In this document: positions 8,663-17,700 of the stretch, one piece after another
Numbering within the stretch: the first letter of the stretch is position 1
How the letters are laid out: the number at the start of each line of letters is the position of its first letter
Origin: Eubacteriales bacterium
GTDB taxonomy: Bacteria; Bacillota; Clostridia; Oscillospirales; CAG-272
Length of the DNA stretch: 64,000 nucleotides
Assembly: GCA_045656885.1 (NCBI GenBank)
Contig: JAZORZ010000046.1
Span: 25-64,024 of the forward strand
Reading direction: 5' to 3'
The notes under the pieces: generated by a model
Database searches by the model: none
The model's input: the letters and a program-made list of their open reading frames with translations, nothing else
Told to the model about the DNA's origin: nothing
Made by a program: the position numbers and the translations under genes

Positions 8663-8835
8663 CAATCAACTCTCTTAGCGGATAGGGTCTTGGAGGTGCC
8701 TAGCCGCTCGCGGCAGCAAAAGCGAGCGGTGCGCTCGCGCCGACTGTCCGTCCGAAAACTAACAAATTGATTTCAATATTTGTTGTGTGAAAGTTTTGAG
8801 GGGGCGTGGGGGAACTTTTTCAAAAGTTCCCCCGC
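8663..8835 (-). repeat. Structured repeat unit, copy 4 (reverse), ends 18 nt upstream of the valS promoter
   Basis: Reverse complement of the unit. The terminal hairpin lies at 8806-8835, with internal hairpins GCGAGCG-cac-CGCTCGC and GCCGC-ga-GCGGC. Confidence 0.85.
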
Positions 8836-8853
8836 AAATATTTTCATTATATA

Positions 8854-8882
8854 TTGACAATCTCCATTTTTTGTGATACAAT
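8854..8882 (+). promoter_or_regulatory. Sigma-A type promoter of the valS leader
   Basis: TTGACA, 17 nt spacer, TACAAT. Confidence 0.6.
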
Positions 8883-8884
8883 AA

Positions 8885-9151
8885 CTTGAAACACGATGAA
8901 AAAGAGGAGTACGCTTTTTTGCGATCTGCAGAGAGAGGGCGGTTGGTGCAAGCTCTTGGTCAAGGGAGCGGAAGTAGCTTTGGAGTGGTGTCGGGGAAGG
9001 GGAGCGATTTTCGTTCCTTGTGTAGTCGGCAACGGTTGCCACCGTTATAGGATTTGAGTGTGCATCTTTGCGCTTTTTTGGTGTAGATGCAAAATCAGGT
9101 GGTACCGCGTGCTTCCACGTCCTGATGATGGACGAGGGAGCTTTTTCTTTT
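8885..9151 (+). promoter_or_regulatory. T-box riboswitch leader (Val specifier GUA) with terminator
   Basis: AGAGAG..GGTTGGTGCAA stem I elements. Candidate specifier GAA-GTA-G at 8974-8976. T-box sequence AATCAGGTGGTACCGCG at 9093-9109. Terminator GCTTCCACGTCC/GGACGAGGGAGC plus TTTTTCTTTT at 9111-9151. Confidence 0.85.
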
Positions 9152-9195
9152 GTCAAAAAATAATTTGCACATATATTTTCAGGAGGTCTGTTAAA

Positions 9196-11850
9196 ATGGA
9201 TCAGTACAACGAACTGCCCAAAACATACGCGCCGTCGGAGTTTGAGGACAGAATTTATCAAGAATGGTGCGACAAGGGCTACTTTACGCCCGACGTTAAA
9301 AACGATGCGGAGCACTTCTCCGTAGTTATTCCGCCCCCCAACGTAACGGGTCAGTTGCACATGGGTCACGCACTCGACGAGACCCTGCAAGACATTCTCG
9401 TTCGTTACAAGAGAATGCAGGGCTTCAACACCCTTTGGATTCCCGGCACCGACCACGCAGGAATTGCCACGCAGATCAAGGTTGAAGAGCGTCTTCGCGT
9501 AGAAGAGGGCCTTTCCCGTTACGATCTCGGCCGCGAAAAGTTTTTGGAAAGAGTTTGGGATTGGAAGGATAAATACGAAGCGCGCATCACAGGACAGCTG
9601 AAAAAGCTGGGCGCATCCTGCGACTGGACACGTCAACGCTTCACCTTTGACGAGGGCTGCTCGCGCGCCGTTCGCGACGTATTTGTAAATCTTTACGAAA
9701 AAGGACTTATCTATCGCGGTTACCGCATTATCAACTGGTGCCCGCGTTGCCTCACGGCTCTCTCCGATGCCGAGGTAGAATATAAGGATCAACCCGGCCA
9801 CTTCTGGCACATCAAATATCCCATCAAGGGTGAGGACGGCTACGTTGAGGTTGCCACCACCCGTCCCGAGACCATGTTCGGTGACACCGCCGTTGCAGTT
9901 AACCCCGAGGACGAGGATATGAAGCACCTCATCGGCAAGACCCTCATTCTGCCCGTAGTTGGCAGAGAGATTCCCGTTATTGCCGACGATTACGTTGAAA
10001 TCGGCTTTGGTACCGGTTGCGTAAAGATCACCCCCGCACACGACCCCAACGATTTCCTTGTTGGTCAACGCCACAACCTCGAGCAGATCAAGGTTATGAA
10101 CGATGATGCTACCATGAACGCAGGTGCAGGTAAATACGAGGGCATGGATCGCTACGAATGCCGCAAGGCACTTGTTGCACAGCTTGAGGCAGAGGGATAT
10201 CTTGTTAAGACCGTTCCGCACGATCACAACGTTGGCGTTTGCTACCGTTGCGGCACCACCGTTGAGCCCATGACGTCCGACCAATGGTTCGTTAAAATGA
10301 AGCCCTTGGCACAGCCCGCTATCGAGGCGGTTGAAACAGGCGACATTCGCTTTGTTCCCGAGCGCTTCTCCAAGAACTACTTTAACTGGATGAACAACAT
10401 CCTCGACTGGTGCATCTCCCGTCAGCTTTGGTGGGGACACCGCATTCCCGCATTCTACTGCGATGATTGCGGCGAGATGACCGTTTCCCGTGAGGATATC
10501 ACCACCTGCCCCAAGTGCGGCGCTCCTGTTCATCAGGATGAGGACGTACTTGACACTTGGTTCTCGTCCGCACTCTGGCCCTTCTCCACAATGGGTTGGC
10601 CCGAAATGACCGAGGATCTCAAAAAATACTATCCCACAAGCGTTCTTGTTACCGGATATGACATCATTACCTTCTGGGTATCGCGTATGATTTTCTCGGG
10701 TCTTGAGCATATGGGCGAAAAGCCGTTTGATACCGTATTCATTCACGGTCTCGTTCGTGACGCGCAGGGTAGAAAAATGTCCAAGTCGCTCGGCAACGGC
10801 ATCGATCCTCTCGAAATCATCGACAAATACGGTGCCGACGCACTCCGCTTTGCACTCTCTACGGGCAACTCTCCCGGAAACGATATGCGCTTCTCGGATG
10901 AAAAGATGGAAGCCGCACGTAACTTTGCAAACAAGCTGTGGAACGCATCTCGCTTTGTTCGTATGAACCTGACAATCGACAAGGTTGAGCTTCCCGAAAT
11001 CGGTGCTCTCAGTGCCGAGGATAAGTGGATTCTGACCGAATACAACAAGACCGTAGCAAGTGTTACAAGTGCGCTCGATCACTTTGAAATCGGCGTAGCC
11101 CTCAGCGCAATCTACGACTTCATTTGGGATATTTTCTGCGACTGGTACATTGAACTGACCAAGAGCCGCCTCTCCGAAAAGGATACCGAGGGCAATATTG
11201 TTGCTCAAAACGTACTTTGCTACGTTCTCACGGGCACGCTCAAGCTCCTGCATCCCTTTATGCCCTTCATCACCGAGGAAATTTACGGTGCACTGCCTCA
11301 CGCAGGTGATGCCGAGAGCATCATGATCTCCGCATATCCCAAGGCAAACGATGCACTGAGTTTCCCCGAGGAATCCCTGCAGCTCTCTCGCGTAATTGCC
11401 GCAATCAAGGCAATTCGTAACCGCCGCAATGAAATGAACGTTGTTCCTTCTCGCAAGGCAAAGGTTTATATTGCAACCGCATATCCCGAGTCCTTTGGCG
11501 AGAACACCTATCCCTTCTTTGCACGTCTTGCATCTGCCGCCGACGTAGCAGTTGCCGCATCCTTTGATGACGATGCCGTCAGTGCCGATAATGCAGTTCA
11601 AATCATTACCGATTCTGCAACCATCTATCTGCCGCTGGCTGACCTCGTTGACACCGAAAAGGAACGCGCACGTCTTGAGGGCGAAGCAAAGAAGCTCGAA
11701 GGCGAAATCGCACGTCTTGTTGGCAAGCTTTCCAACGAGGGCTTCGTTGCCAAAGCACCTGCCGCCGTTGTTGATGCCGAACGCGCCAAGCTCGCTAAAT
11801 ACCAAGAAAACCTCGAGGGCGTTAAAAACGCACTTGAAAAGTTGAAATAA
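9196..11850 (+). CDS. valS: Valine--tRNA ligase
   Basis: [24 protein letters not shown]...[15 protein letters not shown] (HIGH motif)...KMSKSLGN (KMSKS motif), with a C-terminal coiled coil. AGGAGG lies 9 nt upstream of the ATG at 9196. Confidence 0.96.
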   Translation: MDQYNELPKTYAPSEFEDRIYQEWCDKGYFTPDVKNDAEHFSVVIPPPNVTGQLHMGHALDETLQDILVRYKRMQGFNTLWIPGTDHAGIATQIKVEERLRVEEGLSRYDLGREKFLERVWDWKDKYEARITGQLKKLGASCDWTRQRFTFDEGCSRAVRDVFVNLYEKGLIYRGYRIINWCPRCLTALSDAEVEYKDQPGHFWHIKYPIKGEDGYVEVATTRPETMFGDTAVAVNPEDEDMKHLIGKTLILPVVGREIPVIADDYVEIGFGTGCVKITPAHDPNDFLVGQRHNLEQIKVMNDDATMNAGAGKYEGMDRYECRKALVAQLEAEGYLVKTVPHDHNVGVCYRCGTTVEPMTSDQWFVKMKPLAQPAIEAVETGDIRFVPERFSKNYFNWMNNILDWCISRQLWWGHRIPAFYCDDCGEMTVSREDITTCPKCGAPVHQDEDVLDTWFSSALWPFSTMGWPEMTEDLKKYYPTSVLVTGYDIITFWVSRMIFSGLEHMGEKPFDTVFIHGLVRDAQGRKMSKSLGNGIDPLEIIDKYGADALRFALSTGNSPGNDMRFSDEKMEAARNFANKLWNASRFVRMNLTIDKVELPEIGALSAEDKWILTEYNKTVASVTSALDHFEIGVALSAIYDFIWDIFCDWYIELTKSRLSEKDTEGNIVAQNVLCYVLTGTLKLLHPFMPFITEEIYGALPHAGDAESIMISAYPKANDALSFPEESLQLSRVIAAIKAIRNRRNEMNVVPSRKAKVYIATAYPESFGENTYPFFARLASAADVAVAASFDDDAVSADNAVQIITDSATIYLPLADLVDTEKERARLEGEAKKLEGEIARLVGKLSNEGFVAKAPAAVVDAERAKLAKYQENLEGVKNALEKLK

Positions 11851-11860
11851 GGATTTTTAC

Positions 11861-12038
11861 GTGGGGAAAACTTCTTGCAAGAAGTTTTCCCCACACCCCT
11901 TTCAAGAACTCTCGCACAAAAAGTCAAAAAGAAAAGTCCTTGCTTCACTCACGGACAGTCGGCGCAAGTCGCATGACTTGCTTTTGCTGCCGCTAACGGT
12001 CAGCCACCACCGAGACCCTGCCCGTTAAGAGAGTAGAT
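11861..12038 (+). repeat. Structured repeat unit, copy 5 (forward, solo), begins 10 nt after the valS stop
   Basis: Hairpin GTGGGGAAAACTTCTTgcAAGAAGTTTTCCCCAC (11861-11894), ACAGTCGGCGC, hairpin GCAAGTC-gca-tGACTTGC, TTTTGCTGCCGC, and CCACCGAGACCC. Confidence 0.85.
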
Positions 12039-12058
12039 AGCATATGGAAAACTAAATT

Positions 12059-12280
12059 TGTAGGGGGCGACGTCCTCGACGCCCCGTTTTTGCGAAATTA
12101 TATAAGAATTAAAAATCAACCGGTAGGGGAGCGCCTTGGTGCTCCCGAAAAGAAACGATTATCGTGCGTAAAAACGGGCGATTCGTGAATCGCCCCTACA
12201 AGGATATATAGAAAAAACGGGGGCGAAGAGATTGCTTGCAATCTCGTGGCGGCTTGCCGCCTTCCATCAGGTCGCCGTTT
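12059..12280. repeat. Train of GTAGGGG-type GC hairpins
   Basis: GTAGGGGGCGACGTCCTCGACGCCCC (12059-), GGTAGGGGAGCGCCTTGGTGCTCCCG (12122-), GGGCGATTCGTGAATCGCCCCTAC (12176-) and GGGGGCGAAGAGATTGCTTGCAATCTCGTGGCGGCTTGCCGCC... (12219-). The same units recur at 57624-57875. Confidence 0.8.
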
Positions 12281-12355
12281 TTGCTCTCTGCAAAATCTCC
12301 AAAAAACAGCTTGATAAAATTTCCTCTTTCTGCTAAATTGACATAGCATTTTCTA

Positions 12356-12385
12356 TTGACAAAAAGGGAATATATATGATATAAT
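12356..12385 (+). promoter_or_regulatory. Sigma-A type promoter for the guaA-like gene
   Basis: TTGACA, 18 nt spacer, TGa-TATAAT (extended -10). Confidence 0.55.
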
Positions 12386-12431
12386 TTTTTTATTAGAGAG
12401 CCCCATTTTCAATATACGGAGGAAAACGGTT

Positions 12432-13415
12432 ATGAATTTGCCTAACAAACGCCCCGAAAGCATGGAACGCATCACCACAAAAGCGCTGGCAGATGCCTTT
12501 ATTGCCGAGCAAGTGGCAGAGATCCGCGCACAGGTAGGTGACAAAAAGGTGCTTTTGGCACTTTCGGGCGGCGTTGATTCGTCTGTTGTTGCCGCGCTTC
12601 TTATCAAGGCAATCGGTCGTCAACTCGTTTGCGTGCACGTCAACCACGGGCTGATGCGCAAGGGCGAGAGCGAGCAGGTCATCGAGGTGTTTGGCAAGGA
12701 GCTCGACGCCAACCTGATTTACGTTGATGCGACCGACCGTTTCCTCGATCTTTTGGCAGGCGTTGCTGAGCCCGAAAAGAAGAGAAAGATCATTGGCGGC
12801 GAATTCATCAAGGTGTTTGACGAAGAGGCCTCCAAACTCGAGGGCATTTCCTTCCTCGCGCAGGGAACCATCTATCCCGATATTCTCGAGTCCGACGGTG
12901 TTAAAGCGCACCACAACGTGGGCGGACTCCCCGAGGATATGGAATTCGAGCTGGTTGAGCCCGTCCGTCTGCTCTACAAAGACGAGGTTCGTGTAGTCGG
13001 CGAGGCACTCGGACTGCCGCACGCAATGGTCTACCGTCAGCCGTTCCCGGGTCCCGGACTTGGTGTTCGTTGCTTGGGCGCGATCACGCGCGACCGTCTG
13101 CACGCTTTGCGCGAGGCAGATGCCATTTTGCGCGAGGAGTTTGACAAAAACGGACTTGCAGGCAAGGTTTGGCAATACTTTATCGCCGTACCCGATTTCA
13201 AGAGCGTTGGCGTGCGCGACGGCAAAAGATACGAGGGTTGGCCTGCCATCATTCGTGCCGTAAATACCACCGACGCCATGAGTGCCACCATCGAGGAAAT
13301 TCCGTACGCACTTCTGCACCACATCACAAATCGAATCACCACCGAGGTAGAGGGAATTAACAGAGTGCTTCTTGATTTGACGCCGAAGCCGGTGGGTACA
13401 ATAGAGTGGGAATGA
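12432..13415 (+). CDS. guaA: GMP synthase ATP-pyrophosphatase plus dimerisation module only (GuaA subunit-B-like, no GATase domain)
   Basis: 327 aa. PP-loop LALSGGVDSSVVAALL, and a C-terminus ...YRQPFPGPGLGVRCLG...PVGTIEWE typical of the GuaA C-terminal half. GGAGG lies 9 nt upstream of the ATG. Confidence 0.85.
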   Translation: MNLPNKRPESMERITTKALADAFIAEQVAEIRAQVGDKKVLLALSGGVDSSVVAALLIKAIGRQLVCVHVNHGLMRKGESEQVIEVFGKELDANLIYVDATDRFLDLLAGVAEPEKKRKIIGGEFIKVFDEEASKLEGISFLAQGTIYPDILESDGVKAHHNVGGLPEDMEFELVEPVRLLYKDEVRVVGEALGLPHAMVYRQPFPGPGLGVRCLGAITRDRLHALREADAILREEFDKNGLAGKVWQYFIAVPDFKSVGVRDGKRYEGWPAIIRAVNTTDAMSATIEEIPYALLHHITNRITTEVEGINRVLLDLTPKPVGTIEWE

Positions 13416-13417
13416 CA

Positions 13418-14419
13418 ATGCTCCACCAAATGAAACTCCGCGCCGCGCCGTTTGATATGATCGCGCGCGGCATCAAAACAATTGAATTGCGCCTTTGGGA
13501 CGAAAGACGCCGACAGATCAAGGTAGGCGACGAGATCGTATTTACACACGCTGATGATGCAACTCTAACCTTGCGCGCACGTGTGCTGGCTATGCATGTT
13601 TTTCCGTCCTTTGCCGAGCTCTATGCAAATTTGCCGCTCCTCAAATGCGGCTACACCGAGGCCGACATCGCCACTGCTGATCCTGCGGATATGGACATCT
13701 ATTACTCCAAGGAAAAGCAGGCGCAGTATGGTGCCCTCGGCATTGAAATAGAGCTTGTTACCAAGCTCTGCATTTTCGATCTTGACGGCACCGTCCTTGA
13801 TACCGCCCCCAGCATTGCGCATTATGGCAATCTCGCCCTTAAGGCGCACGGCATTGAGCCGATTGACGAAAAGGAATACAAATATTTTGCAGGTGACGGT
13901 GCAAAAATTCTCATCAAACGAATGTTGAACCATCGCGCCTGTTACAGCGACGAGCTTCACGCCTCGGTATTCAAAATTTATAATGAAATGTATGACGCCG
14001 ACGTGACCTGCAAGACCGTTATTTTTGACGGTCTGAAAGAAGTTCTCGACCGCCTTAAGGCCGAGGACTACCGCTTTGTCATTGTTTCCAACAAGCCCGA
14101 TTTTGCCGCAAAAACGGTTGCAAATGCGCTTTACGGCGAAGGGTATTTCGATCGCGTGATTGGACAAAAAGAGGGAAGTGCCCTCAAGCCCAACCCGGGC
14201 GAGGTGTTTGCTGTTATGCAAGAGCTTGGTGCAAAAGCCGAGGATTGCGTTTACGTAGGCGACACCGACACCGATATGCGTACGGGCAAAAACGCAGGAC
14301 TTTATACCATTGGCGTTCTTTGGGGCTTCCGTCCAAGAGAAGAGCTCGAATCAAGCGGCGCCGATGCCATTGCGGCTACCCCAGCGGAGCTATATCAAAT
14401 CATTGCAAAACAACTGTAA
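13418..14419 (+). CDS. ASCH (PUA-like) domain fused to a HAD-superfamily phosphatase (phosphoglycolate-phosphatase-like)
   Basis: N-terminus MLHQMKLRAAPFDMIARGIKTIELRLWDERRRQIKVGDEIVF is ASCH-like. It is followed by the HAD motifs FDLDGTVLDT, VSNKP and GDTDTDMRTGKNAG. The start is ambiguous: GTG 13406, or ATG at 13412, 13418 or 13430. Confidence 0.8.
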   Translation: MLHQMKLRAAPFDMIARGIKTIELRLWDERRRQIKVGDEIVFTHADDATLTLRARVLAMHVFPSFAELYANLPLLKCGYTEADIATADPADMDIYYSKEKQAQYGALGIEIELVTKLCIFDLDGTVLDTAPSIAHYGNLALKAHGIEPIDEKEYKYFAGDGAKILIKRMLNHRACYSDELHASVFKIYNEMYDADVTCKTVIFDGLKEVLDRLKAEDYRFVIVSNKPDFAAKTVANALYGEGYFDRVIGQKEGSALKPNPGEVFAVMQELGAKAEDCVYVGDTDTDMRTGKNAGLYTIGVLWGFRPREELESSGADAIAATPAELYQIIAKQL

Positions 14420-14421
14420 AA

Positions 14422-14549
14422 ACAAAAACCGCCCCACTCCCATCAACAGGAGTGGGGCGGTGCCGTTATACCGCTTTCCATCGAAAACTTGCCAATGGAC
14501 TTGCATTTTTGAAAAATCAACGCTCGGTTGTTTTTTCTTTTTTGCACAA
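14422..14549 (+). repeat. Direct repeat DR1 (about 128 bp), left flank of the lipoprotein cassette
   Basis: ACAAAAACCGCCCCACTCC..GGAGTGGGGCGGTGCCGTTATACCGCTTTCCATCGAAAACTTGCC...TTGCACAA. The first ~66 nt are near-identical to 18690-18821, and the remainder is diverged. Confidence 0.85.
14429..14460. terminator. GC hairpin inside DR1 (terminator-like; the U-tract is on the minus strand)
   Basis: CCGCCCCACTCC-catcaaca-GGAGTGGGGCGG. An A-run lies 5' on the plus strand, which is a T-run 3' on the minus strand. Confidence 0.6.
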
Positions 14550-14635
14550 AAGATGATCGCTTTGTTTTTTTGAAAAAACATGCAAAAACAAAACGATTTG
14601 CAAAAAGCGAGAAAGAATGAAATTTCCCCTTTTGA

Positions 14636-14664
14636 TTGACATTTCCGCTTTCGTATGCTATAAT
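14636..14664 (+). promoter_or_regulatory. Sigma-A type promoter of the large lipoprotein gene
   Basis: TTGACA, 17 nt spacer, TGc-TATAAT (extended -10). Confidence 0.65.
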
Positions 14665-14730
14665 ATGGTTACGAAAGAAAATATTTTAGATAAACTCTAT
14701 GACCGAAACTCAGAAAAGGAGAATTGATCT

Positions 14731-17700
14731 ATGAAAAAAATGAGACTCTTTCTTGCGCTTGCTCTGGTGCTTGCGTTGCTTGTGTCGTCTCTTTCGGCTT
14801 GTAATTTGCTTGGTGGCGGTTCCGATAATAAGCCCGGCGAAGGCACGACTGACAATGGGCAGAATAGCGGCAACTTAAACGGAGGTAGCGACATTCCGAG
14901 TGGCGAAGATCCCGATCAACCGGGCGGTAGTACCCCCGGCGGCGAAGATCCCGGTCAACCGGACATTAGCACCCCCGATGGTGAAGATCCCGATCAACCG
15001 GGCGAAAATACTCCCGGCGACGTTATCGGTTGGGGCCCCGACTTTGGCGGTGGCGAAATGCTTGAGTACCTGGCTATTGATGTTCAGAAAGGTAGCGGCT
15101 CGTTCATACTGAATGCTACCGGCAAGCTTGAATCCCCCGAGGTCGTCATTGCCTCGCTTGGAAAAACCTATTCCTATACCACGGAGATAGATTGCGGTGA
15201 TCACTTTGAATATCTCTTTGTAATCAGCGCCGACGGAATGAAGGTTGGTGATGGATATTCGGCATACGTTCAGTTCAACGGTGGTGACAGATACGGCTTT
15301 AATATTTCGCTTTATGACAGCAAGCCCGGCCCCGATGAGGAAAAGATCGGTAGCTTCTTGGGATTCAATACAGACGGAAGTAAGTCGATCGACGGAAAAT
15401 CTTTGGAGCTGAAATATGGCGACGAAAACGCCGTCATTTATCTTGTTTTCGACGGTGTTGCTCCCATGCTTCACATAACAGATCAAAAGCTTGACAAAAC
15501 TTATTCCGTTGATTCGGTTGAAGAGATTGACGGTTACAGGATCTACAAGTTTATTCTTTACACCGTATTTATGGCGGATGGCGATGAAATCAGATTTACC
15601 GGTGAATACAGCACCGCGTCCGAACACTTTGATTTTCAGTTTAGTCTGAGTGTGAGTGTTATCGGCGCGCCCATCGAGCATAAGCACGTATTCATTGATG
15701 GAAAATGTGAATGTGGCGAGGTCGATCCCAATTATGGTTATGAAGAGGAAAACCGTTCGGAGTTCTTTGGCTTCTACGATCCTGAAAGCAAGTTGGTTAT
15801 TGCAGACCTTACTGTAAACCGTGGTGAGGGTTTCTCTGTTTATGCACTCTTTAGGCACAATGCACCTCTGCGTGCTTACATCAATGGCTTCAACATTCCC
15901 GTTGAGCAGCCCGGTTTTATTGAGAGTGGGGCTGTTGAAACGATGGAGATAGACGGCGAAAGCTACTATGCAGTGCACTTTGAAGTTCCCCCTCTGCTTG
16001 CAGTAGGAAGGTATAATGTCGAACTTCTTTATTTGGCATCGCTCGATGACGAGGAATGTGCATGGATTACGGTTAGAGTGACAGAGGTTTATGAACCTAT
16101 GGGAAACTATCTTGGCGTAAATGCCGAGCCGGTAGAGGAATACTCCGATTCGGCTACTCTTTATGTTGAGGGGGATACCGTATATCTCTATGTTATCTTT
16201 GACGGTTCTGTTGAAAATCTTTCCCTCTACTGTACCGATCTTTACATACCTTATCTCGTCCACGAAACAGTGGATATCTACAACGGATGTTTTTACTATG
16301 CATTTTCTCTGCCTACTTCAAATATGAGTTATGGTGAGGAATACTATTTCAACGGTAGTTGCGGTACTACCGGAGAAAATCAGACCAACTTTTATTTTTC
16401 TATTCGGGTGCTTGACCCTAATGGCGGGGGAGGAGAAATCCCCGATGATCACGAGCACTTCTTCAGTGACGGAAAGTGCTATTGTGGTGCGATCGATCCA
16501 GACTACGTGCCCACAGTAGACATTACCGATCTACTCTTGGGTGCCATGACTCCGGAGATGGTGGGACCTAGCTGGGATATCGGCATTTCCCTCGAAAAGG
16601 AGATAGAGCTCTACTTTGTGTTCAAGAGCAAGGTAGATGTGACCTCTATCAGCTTTTTGGGCGACGAGCTGAACTTCTACGAGGTATCGTCCTATGGTGA
16701 CTATTATGTAGTCGCAGCAATCATTTATCCCTATGAAAAGTATGAAAGCGGTCTCATCACGGTTACCTATAACGTGGAGCATGGTTTCGCGTCCTGCGAC
16801 ATTTTGCTTACTATCGGCTCAGCCGACGGGGGTGACGATGAAATACCTCCTCGCTTCCTTGGTGTCATGACCTCCGAGGACGAGGGCTACTCAGAGAGTG
16901 TGTCGGTCACCGTTGGTCGCGAGTCCGTGATCTACCTGGTATTCGACCGCGAGATCTCCTGTGAACGGATTATCTTCTATGATGCCGAAATATGGGCAGA
17001 GGGCGGTTATTGGATGAATGAGTACTACTTAATACCGGTCAGACTTCCCGTATTTACTACCATTGAAAATGCACCGTCATACTTCTTCAGCTATGGAAAT
17101 AACGAGGAGGGCGGTTGTATCATCGTTAACGTCCTTCCTGAGGATATTGAGCCACCTGTGTTTATTGGTGCTCAGTCCGACTCCGTCAGCGAGATGAACG
17201 AAGCAACGGTAACCGTTCACCCCTCTATGAATGGGCTTGGCAAGATATATGTTCACTTCAGTGACGTCTTTCGTATTGACGCCATCATGCTTAGCGGAAT
17301 GGAGCTGGACAACGGATCCTACGGTTGGAACGGTAATACCATCTGCATTGATCTTGACTGTGTTCCGTTTGTCGGTATGATTGGCGAATATGATATTTTG
17401 ATTATCGGGTCCTTTGGTAATTACGAGCCGTATTTACCTATTTATCAGAATCTTGTTTTGAAGATTGAGATTGGCGAGGAGCCCTCCTTCCTTGGTATTA
17501 AGACCGAGTACGGTGAGCTTTCTGACGGAATTGTAATCAAACCCGGTGAATACGTAAACGCCTACCTTATTTTCGATACACCCGTGTACGTACAAGGACT
17601 TTACGTTGATTCCTATTCCAGTATCTCGGTTGATAGCACAGGATACGAGCTTTCACCCGGTCAGTATGCATATAACGTTTGGTTAAGTACGGAGCAGCTT

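Noticed and set aside
8773-11805. A very long antisense ORF (1010 aa) opposite valS. Similar long antisense ORFs lie opposite uvrC (2832-4253), guaA (12393-13418), the lipoprotein (14875-16263), gatB (21022-22374), the EEP genes (25539-27185, 27679-28770), recA (32239-33294), the capsid gene (34435-35391), obg/der (43456-46077), prfB (47205-48737), galK-like (52046-53158), murA (53350-54534) and ileS (62825-63997).
   Set aside because: Each sense strand carries a protein with unmistakable conserved motifs. The antisense translations are low-complexity (rich in V, A, G, C, N and L) with no RBS or family resemblance. Open antisense frames are the expected by-product of a codon usage that avoids TTA, CTA and TCA.
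4862-12300. A CRISPR array interpretation of the recurring GC-rich palindromes.
   Set aside because: The repeats are not regularly spaced, differ in sequence and orientation, have no unique spacers of uniform length, and no cas genes are nearby.
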